36,399 bases of DNA from IMG/VR virus record IMGVR_UViG_3300016667_000269, positions 1-36,399 of that record. One strand, 5' to 3'. The notes below the pieces were generated by a model. It saw nothing but the letters and a program-made list of their open reading frames with translations. It was not told the origin of the DNA and did not search any database. This DNA comes from a virus. Lineage: Duplodnaviria; Caudoviricetes. Within the stretch, counting starts at the first letter, position 1, and each line of letters opens with the position of its first letter. This document shows, piece by piece, positions 16,923 to 26,957 of the stretch. Position numbers and translations under genes: made by a program.

Positions 16923-17914
16923 CAGATTGCTCCGTAATCAACCATCAGATAACCGCTGTCATGCATCTTGACTGCTTCAGGCTTGGTCATCGCAACCTCT
17001 TGAGCAATCACGCCAACTTCATGCTTGCCAAACTTGCTGTACGAATAAGTGTTGTGGCCTTTGTAGGTTCCAACTTTGACAATGTTGGACTTCAGACGAG
17101 CATCAGAAAAACTCATCAGACCAGACCATCCACCATTCTTGATGGCAGCACCGCCGAGAGTCCCACCAAGACCCATCAAGCCGCCCATGAAGTCGCTGCT
17201 AGATTTGTTTGCAGCATTCACTCCTGCAAGGTCAGCGTTGTAGCCAGCCTGTGCAGCGCCTAGGTAATCAGGGCCAGCCGTAGTTGCTTGCTGCGGAACA
17301 TTGTTGAATGTCGGGTTAGTCACCTGAGAACCAGTCCGCAAAGCGTTAAGCTCATTCAAAGGCATACTACGCAAGGCAGATGCAAGCTGGAAGGTTTGTG
17401 GAGCTGTGTTGATAGCGGCCACGTTAGCTTGCTGGTAGGCGTCATTACGTGCGTTGTTGAAGTCGCGCATGGCGTTGGTATACGCCTCAGTCCCAGGTGC
17501 AATGCCTTGGTTTGCCAACTGGTTCTCAATCGAGGATTGACGCTTTTCCCACTGCGGGTCAAGGCGTGACGTATACGCCTTGTAAGCATCGTCCTGCACA
17601 TCCTGAACGCTGGAGTAATCAAACGGCGAGGCCATCGTATCGGCAACGCGCCCGGTTGCCGTGTCCTGAAGGCCAGCCAAGCCAATAGAGGTCTTGTTGT
17701 ACTGGTCAAGCAGTTGCTTGCCGGTATCGTTCAGGCTAACCGTCTGGCTCCAAGTCTCGTCGGGGTTTTGCTTGTACGTCAAATCACCGTAAGGCGTGTA
17801 CTGGTTGACCCGGTTGGCTTTGGTGGCGAACTTGGCCGCTTCCAGATTGCCAGCAGCGGTGGCCTGTGCAGCGCCTGCATAGTCTGGTGCTGGGGGTGCA
17901 GATTGAGATTTCAT
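16922..17914 (-). CDS. Ejection/pilot protein with a C-terminal peptidase S74-like chaperone domain
   Basis: APPAPDY N-terminus, Gly-rich membrane segment, and SDARLKSNI...GVIAQEV...P.AV...GYLMVDY. Confidence 0.75.
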   Translation of the reverse strand: MKSQSAPPAPDYAGAAQATAAGNLEAAKFATKANRVNQYTPYGDLTYKQNPDETWSQTVSLNDTGKQLLDQYNKTSIGLAGLQDTATGRVADTMASPFDYSSVQDVQDDAYKAYTSRLDPQWEKRQSSIENQLANQGIAPGTEAYTNAMRDFNNARNDAYQQANVAAINTAPQTFQLASALRSMPLNELNALRTGSQVTNPTFNNVPQQATTAGPDYLGAAQAGYNADLAGVNAANKSSSDFMGGLMGLGGTLGGAAIKNGGWSGLMSFSDARLKSNIVKVGTYKGHNTYSYSKFGKHEVGVIAQEVAMTKPEAVKMHDSGYLMVDYGAI

Positions 17915-17926
17915 ATCCGTCCTACT

Positions 17927-18355
17927 TCATTGAAATGATTTTGTGTACCTGTCTGATAGGTACTTACACTTTTCAGGCCACATTACAAAAACAAGCAGGT
18001 CGCCTTTTGGCGTTCCTCTTGTCAACTTCCCCTCGTATTCAAAACCCATGCTTTGAACCAATGACAAGCATTTTTTGTTTGTTGAGCAAACGCCAGCGGT
18101 TGTTCTTTTGGCTTTCAGCTTGACAAATGGGTAATGAAAAATCATCCCAAGGAACCAAGGTGTTGCCCAATTACCTTCGGCAGCAATGTGCTGCATGATG
18201 TTTGCGCCGTTCCAGTTGTCGTACAGAACGCCAGCAAGCAAATTCCCATTGGCATCTAGACGACCAATTGCTGTTGCGCTATCACGCGCCCATTGATGGC
18301 CAACCTTTGAACACACCCAAGGGCCGACAACATCAGCGTCAAAAGTGAATTTCAC
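17927..18355 (-). CDS. GNAT-fold virion assembly protein
   Basis: N......GF..EG.L GNAT motif; located between tail and ejection genes. Confidence 0.7.
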   Translation of the reverse strand: MKFTFDADVVGPWVCSKVGHQWARDSATAIGRLDANGNLLAGVLYDNWNGANIMQHIAAEGNWATPWFLGMIFHYPFVKLKAKRTTAGVCSTNKKCLSLVQSMGFEYEGKLTRGTPKGDLLVFVMWPEKCKYLSDRYTKSFQ

Positions 18356-19908
18356 AGGATTGCGCCCGATTCAAAGACAACATCCGTGGACACCCAGCGA
18401 ATGTCAATGTTTGAGGATGCAACCTTGATTTGAGGCGCTGCGTAGTAACCAACGCCAGACACGCCCTGCCAGTTCTGCAAGACAGACAGGCCACCAGCCC
18501 ACACATCCGAGTCCCAAACCGCCGTGTCCCAGACGCTTGCGGTAGACGGGGTAAACGACAGCGGCGCAGTAATCACATCGGTTGCAAAGTCGATGTTCAT
18601 TGAGCCGGTCACAGCAGGCGTGCCAGTAGACCGGAAGATTGGCCGAATCATGGTGAACCGCTTTAGGTTGCCTGGCGATCCATACGACCCAAAAGCAGCC
18701 AACCCATAGGCCGTGATGTTGTTGCCGTTGTCAGAGTTGCCATCCCATGCTTTGCAGACAACACCATTCCCGCCAAAGTACGGAACATCATTGAACAGGC
18801 AGAAGGTATTGGCCGAATAGCCTTGATACCGCCCCCAATTCTTGGTGATGGTGTTCATGGCGTATTGCTCTTGGGAGCCAACTGACACAGGAACATTGAG
18901 CCAAAGTTGGTTTTGGCCTGGGTAGTAGAAAACCTCCCAACCAAAGGTGCTGCCGTAGCTGGAAACGGACTCAGACACCGCCCACTGAATCTTGTCAGTC
19001 AGGGCAACCCGAGGATTCACACGCGACGATTGCAGCGCAGCAGACAGCGGCAATACACCGTCTTGGCAGACCAGCAGAAGGTCGCCACCGAGCTTAGACA
19101 GGCATCGAGCGCCAACGGGTGAGCCAACCTGCCAAACGCCCTTGAGCGCCCATTTGGTGGCATCAGACGGGTCTGTGCCTTGGTAGACGATGATTTCGCC
19201 ATTGGAGGTGACTGCAACATAGTAGTCATCAACTCCCGTACCTGCGTCAATCGTCCAAGTCGCATGGGCAACGATATAGCCGCCCTTTTGGGCCACGGCA
19301 GACATATCAACGGGGTTTGCCGCACCACCAACGGCAGAGGTCGGCAAATACCAAGTCTTCAGGGTATTACGCTGGATGAAGAACACCCGAGTCTTGAAAA
19401 CGATTGGGCTATTCAGCTCAGTGGTTGTAACGCCAGTGATGGCCGGTGTAGATAAGCCAGTGATGGCCGTCCAAGTGGTGCCGTTGTAAAGGTAAGGCGT
19501 ATTCGCGCCGTTAGCCATGTACAGGAAGTTTCCACCAGAGGTCGCCACATTGACAGACTGCCAACGGTCATTGGAAAGACCTGACACCACAGACGCGCCA
19601 ACAGCGCCTGCGCTTGATACGTCATACACAGCACCACCAGAGATAGCAAACATCTTTGAGGTGTTGCTTCCAGAGTAGTTCATCAGGGTTTCAACCTGAC
19701 CAGGCAAGCCTGTTGCAAACTCTGTGTACCCGTAGCGCATCACGCATTCGGTGGTCGCAGGAAAGAAGTTGACCAAGGACACGGCATCGCCTTGGGGCAT
19801 CTGAGCCAGCGAATCACGCGCATTCCAGCCGCCAACAGGGGCAGGCATGGACACGCTGGATGCGACTGGTGCGCGGCGTCCTTTGGTTCGTGCGGCTTGA
19901 CGAAGCAT
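18352..19908 (-). CDS. Tail hub / packaged-DNA stabilisation protein (P22 gp10-like)
   Basis: PAPVGGWNARD N-terminus, beta-propeller-like composition and synteny. Confidence 0.75.
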   Translation of the reverse strand: MLRQAARTKGRRAPVASSVSMPAPVGGWNARDSLAQMPQGDAVSLVNFFPATTECVMRYGYTEFATGLPGQVETLMNYSGSNTSKMFAISGGAVYDVSSAGAVGASVVSGLSNDRWQSVNVATSGGNFLYMANGANTPYLYNGTTWTAITGLSTPAITGVTTTELNSPIVFKTRVFFIQRNTLKTWYLPTSAVGGAANPVDMSAVAQKGGYIVAHATWTIDAGTGVDDYYVAVTSNGEIIVYQGTDPSDATKWALKGVWQVGSPVGARCLSKLGGDLLLVCQDGVLPLSAALQSSRVNPRVALTDKIQWAVSESVSSYGSTFGWEVFYYPGQNQLWLNVPVSVGSQEQYAMNTITKNWGRYQGYSANTFCLFNDVPYFGGNGVVCKAWDGNSDNGNNITAYGLAAFGSYGSPGNLKRFTMIRPIFRSTGTPAVTGSMNIDFATDVITAPLSFTPSTASVWDTAVWDSDVWAGGLSVLQNWQGVSGVGYYAAPQIKVASSNIDIRWVSTDVVFESGAIL

Positions 19909-20618
19909 CAGACGTTCCAGCTACCAGCAGGGACAACCACGCCGGGATAAATGTCGTACTTCGTGTTCGTCAGGCTGAGCCAATCCTTGCCGCCATCACG
20001 GCCCATAGCATCTTGGACACGGCGCTCATAGACGTTGAAATCCTCGGCATACTCAAAGCCTTTGAGCTTCTTCCAGCGCCAGATGGTGCCAAGCACAATC
20101 AGTTGATAGTCAAGGCGCGGAATGTCAGCATCGTTGTTCCATACGTCATATGAGGTCGCGCCCGTGGAGTCGGTACACCAGTTGGCAGAGACATACTCAA
20201 AGTAGCAGTCCTGACCGGCAACCGGGACGGGGAACATATAGAGGTGGCCGTTCTTGATGCGGTGGCTAGACCACGGGCCATTGATGGCGAACGCTTTTTG
20301 CTGTTGCCAAGATTGAGGCGTGCGAGGGCCAAACACAGGCCGACGCAGCGTGCGATTCCAGATGGTGTCGTTGATGATGTACTTCAGACCAGGCGCAATG
20401 GTGTCTATCGCGCCTTGGTCTTCAGTTGCAACGGTGGTGTAAGTGGCTTCGGTCTGGAGGGCCGTCCACTCATAACGTGCGGCGAGTTCCTGCCCTTCCT
20501 CGTTGCACAGCGCAACAATGTTGGAAATCTGTGTGTCAGAGCTTCCAACAGCAGACGTTGGGGACAAAAGCCCCAGACGGCCACAAATTGTCTGGACGAT
20601 GGAAAGGCAGTTTGCCAT
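19908..20618 (-). CDS. Head-tail adaptor (gp4 / tail tubular A-like)
   Basis: Synteny; ...FPVP...Y and LIVLG..WRWK motifs. Confidence 0.7.
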   Translation of the reverse strand: MANCLSIVQTICGRLGLLSPTSAVGSSDTQISNIVALCNEEGQELAARYEWTALQTEATYTTVATEDQGAIDTIAPGLKYIINDTIWNRTLRRPVFGPRTPQSWQQQKAFAINGPWSSHRIKNGHLYMFPVPVAGQDCYFEYVSANWCTDSTGATSYDVWNNDADIPRLDYQLIVLGTIWRWKKLKGFEYAEDFNVYERRVQDAMGRDGGKDWLSLTNTKYDIYPGVVVPAGSWNV

Positions 20619-20621
20619 ACG

Positions 20622-21227
20622 TTATTCCTCGGTTACTGTTTCCAGCTTTGGTTTGCGACCACGGCGCGGAGCCTCGGTGCTTTCCAGTTGCTCAAGACGC
20701 GCTGACAGTTCAGCCAACTTGCGCTTGAGTTCGTTGTTCTCTTGCATGACTTGGCTTGCAACATCACTGCCTTTGAGCCATTCACGGGCTTTTTCTCGCA
20801 GCTCACGACCACCCATGCCATACCGGCCCAAGGCGTCCTCGGTCATGGCTGCAACGTCCTCAATGGTCAGGATTCGCAGGGCAATGAAGTTCTCCGCTTG
20901 AGCCGGAGACAGTACAGGCCACTCTTTGACAGAAGTGCCGTTTGGCGGCAGCTCTTGCCCTTCTTTCCAAGCCTTGTATTTCTCTTGAAATGCGCGAACC
21001 CACTCATCCGGGTATGCATCAGGGGATGCATCAAGGTTCTTGCGCTTAATCATTTCTAGCCAGTCCTCTGCAACGCGCTCAACTTGGTCGCGTGAGCCGG
21101 GTTGCATGATGAAAGCGAAGTCAACGTCTTTGGTGACGCGCCGCCCAAGTTCCTGTGTACGAACTGGGTCAGGCATGGCAATACGTTTGAACTCCACAAA
21201 GGGAGGGCGAGCTTGTGCAATCTGCAT
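20622..21227 (-). CDS. Conserved phage head-region protein
   Basis: GT...WP...I.TIEDVA motif and RRGRKPK tail; strong SD. Confidence 0.7.
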   Translation of the reverse strand: MQIAQARPPFVEFKRIAMPDPVRTQELGRRVTKDVDFAFIMQPGSRDQVERVAEDWLEMIKRKNLDASPDAYPDEWVRAFQEKYKAWKEGQELPPNGTSVKEWPVLSPAQAENFIALRILTIEDVAAMTEDALGRYGMGGRELREKAREWLKGSDVASQVMQENNELKRKLAELSARLEQLESTEAPRRGRKPKLETVTEE

Positions 21228-21282
21228 GGTTTCTCCTGTTAAGGCGATTTGCTTTGTTATGGACGCTCGGGTGAACGCCCAT

Positions 21283-21306
21283 AAAAAAGCCCCTCCGAAG
21301 AGGGGC
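21283..21306 (-). terminator. Intrinsic terminator after the capsid and decoration genes
   Basis: GCCCCT-CTTCGG-AGGGGC hairpin followed by T6. Confidence 0.8.
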
Positions 21307-21323
21307 AGTCCTGCAATCAGGGA

Positions 21324-21824
21324 TTACAGAGTGCGACCAACCTTGGGCCAGTTCATCCAGCCAGCAGTTGCCGCTGCACCACCGCCACCAGTAGCGGTAT
21401 CCAGAACAATGCCGTCGATGATTTCCGAGCCTGCGGTAGCGTCATCATCCAACTGACCAGCCGTGGCGGTCGTGTTGATTTGCGTATAGGCAGCGCACGA
21501 AGCAGAGGTTTGAACAGTGCCAGCGCCGAACACTTGCAGCCAGCCAAAGCCAGATGCAGCGATAGCAGCGCGAGCAACGCCAGCCAGCTTGCCAGCACCA
21601 GTGCCAGGGGCAGAGGTGGTGGTCGAGGCCATCACAGCGTCAAACGAGGAACCGTCCACCAATGCGACGTAGCCGTCACCAGTGATGCCCGAACCCGAGT
21701 CCTTCACATAGATGTAGCCCTTCGGGCCAGCCGAGGTCATGTTCCAACCAACGGTGCCCAGAGTGAAAGCCGGGCCTTGGGCGCTCGTACGAACGTCCGT
21801 GGGATCAATGCCAGAGATATACAT
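21324..21824 (-). CDS. Capsid decoration / cement protein
   Basis: Ala/Gly/Thr-rich; directly after the MCP; GWLQV.G motif. Confidence 0.65.
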   Translation of the reverse strand: MYISGIDPTDVRTSAQGPAFTLGTVGWNMTSAGPKGYIYVKDSGSGITGDGYVALVDGSSFDAVMASTTTSAPGTGAGKLAGVARAAIAASGFGWLQVFGAGTVQTSASCAAYTQINTTATAGQLDDDATAGSEIIDGIVLDTATGGGGAAATAGWMNWPKVGRTL

Positions 21825-21839
21825 GGTCAGTTCCTTTCT

Positions 21840-22817
21840 TTACGCTTTTCCGACACCCTGCCGTGCGCGATTTGAGCAGACCAAGTTGCCCTGGAACAGC
21901 ACCGGAATCACGATGGCGTCTTGGTTGACGCTACGCAGCTCGGGCATGATTTCCATGTTGGCATCTTGATGCACCACCAGCTCCAAGAAGTCGGTGTTGA
22001 TGAAGTACATATGCGAGGCAGGGATGCCAGAGGCCGTCGAGTCATAGAAGACGTCAGCGGTCTTGTACTTCAGGCTCACCATGCCGCCCTTGCCTTCGTC
22101 GGAAGGTGCATAACGCTTCAGGCTGGACTGGCTAGCCTCATAGGCGCTGAAATACACGCTGTCCATGACGATCAGGTCAGGGGTATCGTTGCCACGGGTA
22201 CAGGCCAGCCACAGGGGCAGCATCATCCCGGCTTCGATGGTGGCGGCGCTCACGGTCACAGAGTTGTCCGAGGCGTCACGCACCTGGTTCTGCCAGAAGG
22301 TGAAGGTGCTGGAGTTGATACCACCAACAGTGCCAGTGCCTGCATCAGCAATCAGGGCTTGCAGACCGTTCATCTGGTTGGCCGAGGTGCCATCAGAGTA
22401 CAGGTCGGTAGACAGGCCGTTTGCCATCGAACGCTGGGCGTTCTTGATCTTCGCTTTCACGAAGTTGATGATGCGGTTAGCGCCGCTGTTGGTACGAATT
22501 TCCAGACCGGAAGCAGCCACGTTTACGGCCACTTGACGCCACGGGAACTCAGCAGCCGAGATAACGTCCGAGGCAGCGACGTTCAGAACGTCAAAGCCGC
22601 TGTAACGCTGGTAGGTGCTGTTAGAAGCGTAGTCCAGAGGGGTGACGATGGACAAGCCGCCGTCTTCGGTACGGATACGCCCTTTTTCCGTCATGCGGCG
22701 GAACAGTGCGTTGTGACCGCTTACGTTGTCTGCAACTTCCTTGCGGTGGTTGCGATAGGTGGTGCTTACCAGTTCGGTGAACGTGGTAAACAGAGAGCTT
22801 TGGCCGGGAGATGCCAT
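21840..22817 (-). CDS. Major capsid protein
   Basis: 325 aa after the scaffold; YSDGT...GL, GTVGGI...W.N and GNL.CSNR..QG motifs; strong codon bias. Confidence 0.88.
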   Translation of the reverse strand: MASPGQSSLFTTFTELVSTTYRNHRKEVADNVSGHNALFRRMTEKGRIRTEDGGLSIVTPLDYASNSTYQRYSGFDVLNVAASDVISAAEFPWRQVAVNVAASGLEIRTNSGANRIINFVKAKIKNAQRSMANGLSTDLYSDGTSANQMNGLQALIADAGTGTVGGINSSTFTFWQNQVRDASDNSVTVSAATIEAGMMLPLWLACTRGNDTPDLIVMDSVYFSAYEASQSSLKRYAPSDEGKGGMVSLKYKTADVFYDSTASGIPASHMYFINTDFLELVVHQDANMEIMPELRSVNQDAIVIPVLFQGNLVCSNRARQGVGKA

Positions 22818-22841
22818 TTTCTACTCCTTGAGAATTGAGAA

Positions 22842-23912
22842 TTACGAGAACAAGCCAAGTCGTGCGGCTGTTTCTCGGATGGTGTCGTCCATAGTCCCGA
22901 TGGGCTTTGCTGCCGGGAGCGTTCCCTTGCGAGAGACGTTCACTGCTGCTGCTGCTCGGGCTTCCTTGGCTTTCTGACTGGCAACTGCATTCCGCTGTGC
23001 TTGCTCCTTCGCTTGCTGTTCTGCAAGAACTCGGGCGCGAACCGCTGGGTTTGCGTAAATAGCCATGTCATAGGCCGTCTTGAGGTCTGGGGCGAGTCCA
23101 GCCTGTAAAAGGCCAGCCATCTCATTCCTTACTTCCTCAAAGTGCGTGTGAGCCGGGTCAGATGCGAACTTGGTGATTTCGCTGTTAAGCGATTCCCGTT
23201 CCTGCCACTCACGCGCTTGGTTCTGCTGTGCAATCCATTGCTGCATCTGCGTCAGTTGAGAACGCAACTCATGCACCTCTGGATTTGGCTGCGGCATTTG
23301 GGCTGCAACCTCTTGCGCTTGGCCCAAGTCAATCCCGTAGTCACGGGCGATCTGGGTCAGCATCTGCACCTTTTGCTCTGGCGTCCCGTTTCTCAGTGCA
23401 ACTTCTGCACCGAACAAACGCTGAACAGCAACGTCTGCGCCCACCCCGTACTGCTGGAGAATCCCGGCATATGGGGCAATGGCACGTTCCATTGCTTCGC
23501 CAAACTGAGCCTTGCCTCGGAACTGTTCAAACCCTCGATGCATTTCCTCCGAGCGTCGGATGAATGCTTGCTGCACCGCAGGGTCTGCCTTGGCAAAGGC
23601 TTCTGCTTCTTCTTTCCGCAGCCCGAGCTTTTGCAGCTCAGGCGGTACGGTCACTGGTTGTTCTTCTTGGACAACCTCTTCAGGCTGGACTTCCTCAGGT
23701 TGAGGCTCATCCTTCTTGGCAAACCGTCCTTTTTCGTCTCGGACTCGTTGCTCCGCCTCTTCGGCGGTTTCGGTTGGTTCTTCCACCGCCTCCGGCTCAT
23801 TCCCGCGAGACTCAATGTCTTGCAGAGTCTGACGGATGGTGTCGTCCATGCTTTGCGGCTCAGCCGCTTGCGCTTCCACTTCCTCTGTTGAGAGGTCGAG
23901 TTCTTCGCTCAT
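22842..23912 (-). CDS. Scaffolding protein
   Basis: Acidic N-terminus with RDEKGRF, L..AY..A motif; directly upstream of the MCP. Confidence 0.8.
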   Translation of the reverse strand: MSEELDLSTEEVEAQAAEPQSMDDTIRQTLQDIESRGNEPEAVEEPTETAEEAEQRVRDEKGRFAKKDEPQPEEVQPEEVVQEEQPVTVPPELQKLGLRKEEAEAFAKADPAVQQAFIRRSEEMHRGFEQFRGKAQFGEAMERAIAPYAGILQQYGVGADVAVQRLFGAEVALRNGTPEQKVQMLTQIARDYGIDLGQAQEVAAQMPQPNPEVHELRSQLTQMQQWIAQQNQAREWQERESLNSEITKFASDPAHTHFEEVRNEMAGLLQAGLAPDLKTAYDMAIYANPAVRARVLAEQQAKEQAQRNAVASQKAKEARAAAAVNVSRKGTLPAAKPIGTMDDTIRETAARLGLFS

Positions 23913-23995
23913 CACTTTTCCTAAGTCGGAACCCCCTCTCAAGCCACCAGAGAGGGCTAGGCGTGTCTCACGACAGAGGCCAAATGGCTAGGTGG

Positions 23996-24394
23996 TTAGC
24001 CAGCAGATTCAAGTGCCTTGCGCTTTTCTTCGGGTAGCGAGTGCCAAGCCGCTACCGCTGCGCTTTCCAGTGCCGCTTCCTCGCGCTTTTCTTCCTCGCG
24101 CTTGCGACTCTGGGCCACTTTGGTTTCCTGTTCCATGCCCTCCCAAGGGCGAGCATTGTTGCGAGCCAGGTCATCACGGCGCTGGGATGGGGTGTCAATC
24201 CACTTCCCAGACACCGGAGACTGATAGGCTGGCATGACGTAGACAGCGGCTGAACGCTTGGGGTAAGCGTGCATCAACAGCTTGTCAGTCCAGCCCTGCT
24301 CTGGGTCTTCGTAATACTTGGCGTTGACTTCAATCCACTCGGCTTTGTCTTGTGCTGTAAAGCCAAGTTTTGCCATCAGTTCTTGCGAGTTCAT
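23996..24394 (-). CDS. Hypothetical head-region protein
   Basis: Y.SPVSGKWI....RR.DL motif seen between portal and scaffold in such phages. Confidence 0.65.
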   Translation of the reverse strand: MNSQELMAKLGFTAQDKAEWIEVNAKYYEDPEQGWTDKLLMHAYPKRSAAVYVMPAYQSPVSGKWIDTPSQRRDDLARNNARPWEGMEQETKVAQSRKREEEKREEAALESAAVAAWHSLPEEKRKALESAG

Positions 24395-24843
24395 TTGCGG
24401 TTCACAAAATCAACGATTGCATTCAGGCGGGATTGCAGGCCGTCAATCTTTGCGTTGGCCTGCTGAAGCAAGGACTCCAAGCCTTCGTTCTGGTTTTCTG
24501 CTTTGTCCAGAATGCTTTGCATTTCATTAACCTTGCCTTGCAGCTTGTCGGCCTTCTTTTCAAGACTGGCAATCTCGTCTTGCAGCTTGGCTTGGTAACC
24601 GTTGCTTCCTTTGGTCTTTGCAACCAGAGACTCAATTTCCTCTTTCTGCTCGGCCACTTGCTCACGCAGACCACGCATCTCGCCTTGGTATTTGTGAGCG
24701 ACCTTCAGGGCATCATCTCGGTCTTGCTTGGCGTTTGCGGCATCTTGCTTGTGCTCTTGAAGCTCTTTTTGCAGGCTTTCAATGAACTCAATAACGTGGA
24801 CGCCGTTCTTTTCAGTCAGCCACCGGATAACGCTTTGGCTCAT
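24391..24843 (-). CDS. Coiled-coil protein
   Basis: Heptad-rich; ATGA overlaps at both ends. Confidence 0.65.
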   Translation of the reverse strand: MSQSVIRWLTEKNGVHVIEFIESLQKELQEHKQDAANAKQDRDDALKVAHKYQGEMRGLREQVAEQKEEIESLVAKTKGSNGYQAKLQDEIASLEKKADKLQGKVNEMQSILDKAENQNEGLESLLQQANAKIDGLQSRLNAIVDFVNRK

Positions 24844-26948
24844 TCAGTCACCTCAGTATCTTGGGCATTTGCGGCCTGTACGGCGGCGCTGATTTGGGCC
24901 TGTTGCAAGGTAGCGTTAGCCGACAACTGAGCAACTTCAACGCGAGTCTGTGCTTCCAACTCAGCCTTGTATTTCTCAAAGCTCAGTCGCAATTCCTCGC
25001 GCTGGCTTTCAGCGGCTTGGCGAACCTGCTCCATTTGCGCGGCGTGCTGGAACTCCATCTGCTTGCGCTGCATCTCGCCTTGCTGGCGCATCTGCTCAAT
25101 TTCAGGTGCGTTGTCAGGCTTTTCTTGAGCTTGAGCTTGCGGTTTCGGCTCCTGAATCTTGTCCAGTGCGTCCTCAACAGCGTTGCCCATCTTGGCGCGT
25201 CGGGTGACGGTCAGAATCAACTCTTTGACGGCCTCAATCGGCATGGCACCCATCTGCACAGCAGGGCCAAAGCCTTGCACCAACTGAGTTACAGCGGTCA
25301 GGACTTCACGCAGACCTTGCATATCAGACTCAACTGATGCGGCCACGGTGGAATCAGTCTCCACATCCACCTTGAAGGTGCGGAGCTTGTCGTCACGGAT
25401 GACGCCCATGACCTCACCCCAAGACGGCGGCATATTCGGCTCGGGCGGCGGTTGTTGGCCTGCCATCTGAGCCTGCTGTGCAGCCATCAGCCATTGCTGG
25501 CCTGCGGCTTGCTTTTCCTCATCCGTGGGAAACTTCAGGCCGGTCATCGTTGCCAGCGTCTCGGGCTGGAAACGCTCACCAATAATCTCAGCCTGGATGC
25601 GGATCAGGTCACGAATGAAGCGTGCCACATCGGATTGCATACGCTTGACGCGCATGGAACCCCAATTGGCTTTGATTTGCTGGGCAGTAGCCGTCTCGCT
25701 TGCCACGCTGGAGCCGCGCAGAATGTCAGAAATACCAGTGATTTCGTAGATGATCTGCTTGGATGCTTCACGCTGGAGCTGGAGAACTTGAAGAACCCGC
25801 GCAGCTTGCTCAATGGGCATGAACCAGATAGCCTTTTCCAGACCACCACGCTCCAAAAGCGCCGTGACGTTGGCAGCGGGAATCAGGTCGTTGTCCTCAC
25901 CACGCATCAGCTCGGCCAATTCGCCAAGGGTGCTGTCATAGATGCCGCGATACTTCAGACCCTTGACCAGCAGATTGATACGGCGGGTCACAGAGTCCAG
26001 TTCGTCGGCCTGCTCTTTGTACAGCTCATACAAAGGCGTCGGAATCAGGCTTGCCGAGTCCTCTACGGCGTACAGAGGGCGAGGGATGGGCCAGAAACCA
26101 CTCAGCTTCAGCGGGTCATCCAAGGTCTTCAGCGGCTTGTCCTTGTAGGACTTGCACACAAAGATGACCTGGCGCTTGGACTTGTCCCAGATTTCCCAGA
26201 CCTCAGCGGTCTTGAAGGCGTCTTTAACGTCCTCGTTCTGCTCAGCCTTGACGTCATCGTCATCGGTGTTGTCCAGCGGGACAACCTCACCAATCTCGCC
26301 AAACTGTTCTTCCAGTTCTTCGCGGGTCAGGCGGTGGCGGAAGGCAATCCAGCAGACCTCAGACCACTCTTTGCCAGCGGAAATGCGGAAATCGTCCCAT
26401 TGAACGTGCTCAATTGGGCACTGCTCCCATTCCAGTTCCTCGGCTTGGCCTTCTAGAGATTCTTCGCCTTCTGCGTGCTGCTCTAGTTCTTCGTCGTGCG
26501 TTTCAGCAGTGACACCAACTTGTCGCAGGCTTGGGACATAACGTACCCGAGCAACACCACGGCCAGGCAGGAGCAAATCCAGCACAGTCTCTTTAATCTG
26601 GGCATCAAAGTCAGTAGTGTCCAGACCATACTCAATTGCCCTTGCCAAAACATCGGACGCAGCCTTGCCAAGAGGGTCGCTGTCCTTGAAACGGCGGCGC
26701 ACATCAGGCGAAGGCAAGCTGTTGTAAACAGCAGGCCGCAGCGTCTCGGTGTTGCTCCAAAGGATGTTGAAGCTATGGCGCTTGGCGTCTTTCTGGCGAT
26801 ACCGCTTCCAGACAGCCTCAGACTTCTTTCGCCAATCAGCCTCTCGCTTGTCAGCCAGCTTGAGTTCCAGCAACCAACGACGAACGACGCCCGGCTCATT
26901 CACCTCAATGTCATCAGGCGTCTCAGCAGAAGCGTTCTCGTAGTCCAT
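24840..26948 (-). CDS. Portal protein
   Basis: 702 aa; FNILWSN...P.VY...P.P, ITGISDI.RG...ETATAQ.IK and a Gln-rich C-terminal barrel as in P22-like portals. Confidence 0.88.
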   Translation of the reverse strand: MDYENASAETPDDIEVNEPGVVRRWLLELKLADKREADWRKKSEAVWKRYRQKDAKRHSFNILWSNTETLRPAVYNSLPSPDVRRRFKDSDPLGKAASDVLARAIEYGLDTTDFDAQIKETVLDLLLPGRGVARVRYVPSLRQVGVTAETHDEELEQHAEGEESLEGQAEELEWEQCPIEHVQWDDFRISAGKEWSEVCWIAFRHRLTREELEEQFGEIGEVVPLDNTDDDDVKAEQNEDVKDAFKTAEVWEIWDKSKRQVIFVCKSYKDKPLKTLDDPLKLSGFWPIPRPLYAVEDSASLIPTPLYELYKEQADELDSVTRRINLLVKGLKYRGIYDSTLGELAELMRGEDNDLIPAANVTALLERGGLEKAIWFMPIEQAARVLQVLQLQREASKQIIYEITGISDILRGSSVASETATAQQIKANWGSMRVKRMQSDVARFIRDLIRIQAEIIGERFQPETLATMTGLKFPTDEEKQAAGQQWLMAAQQAQMAGQQPPPEPNMPPSWGEVMGVIRDDKLRTFKVDVETDSTVAASVESDMQGLREVLTAVTQLVQGFGPAVQMGAMPIEAVKELILTVTRRAKMGNAVEDALDKIQEPKPQAQAQEKPDNAPEIEQMRQQGEMQRKQMEFQHAAQMEQVRQAAESQREELRLSFEKYKAELEAQTRVEVAQLSANATLQQAQISAAVQAANAQDTEVTE

Positions 26949-26957
26949 TCTTGTCCT

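Noticed and set aside
21921-22838. 305-aa plus-strand ORF
   Set aside because: Antisense shadow of the codon-biased capsid gene, with no recognisable motifs.
23142-23891. 249-aa plus-strand ORF
   Set aside because: Antisense shadow of the scaffold gene.
25452-26456. 334-aa plus-strand ORF
   Set aside because: Antisense shadow of the portal gene.
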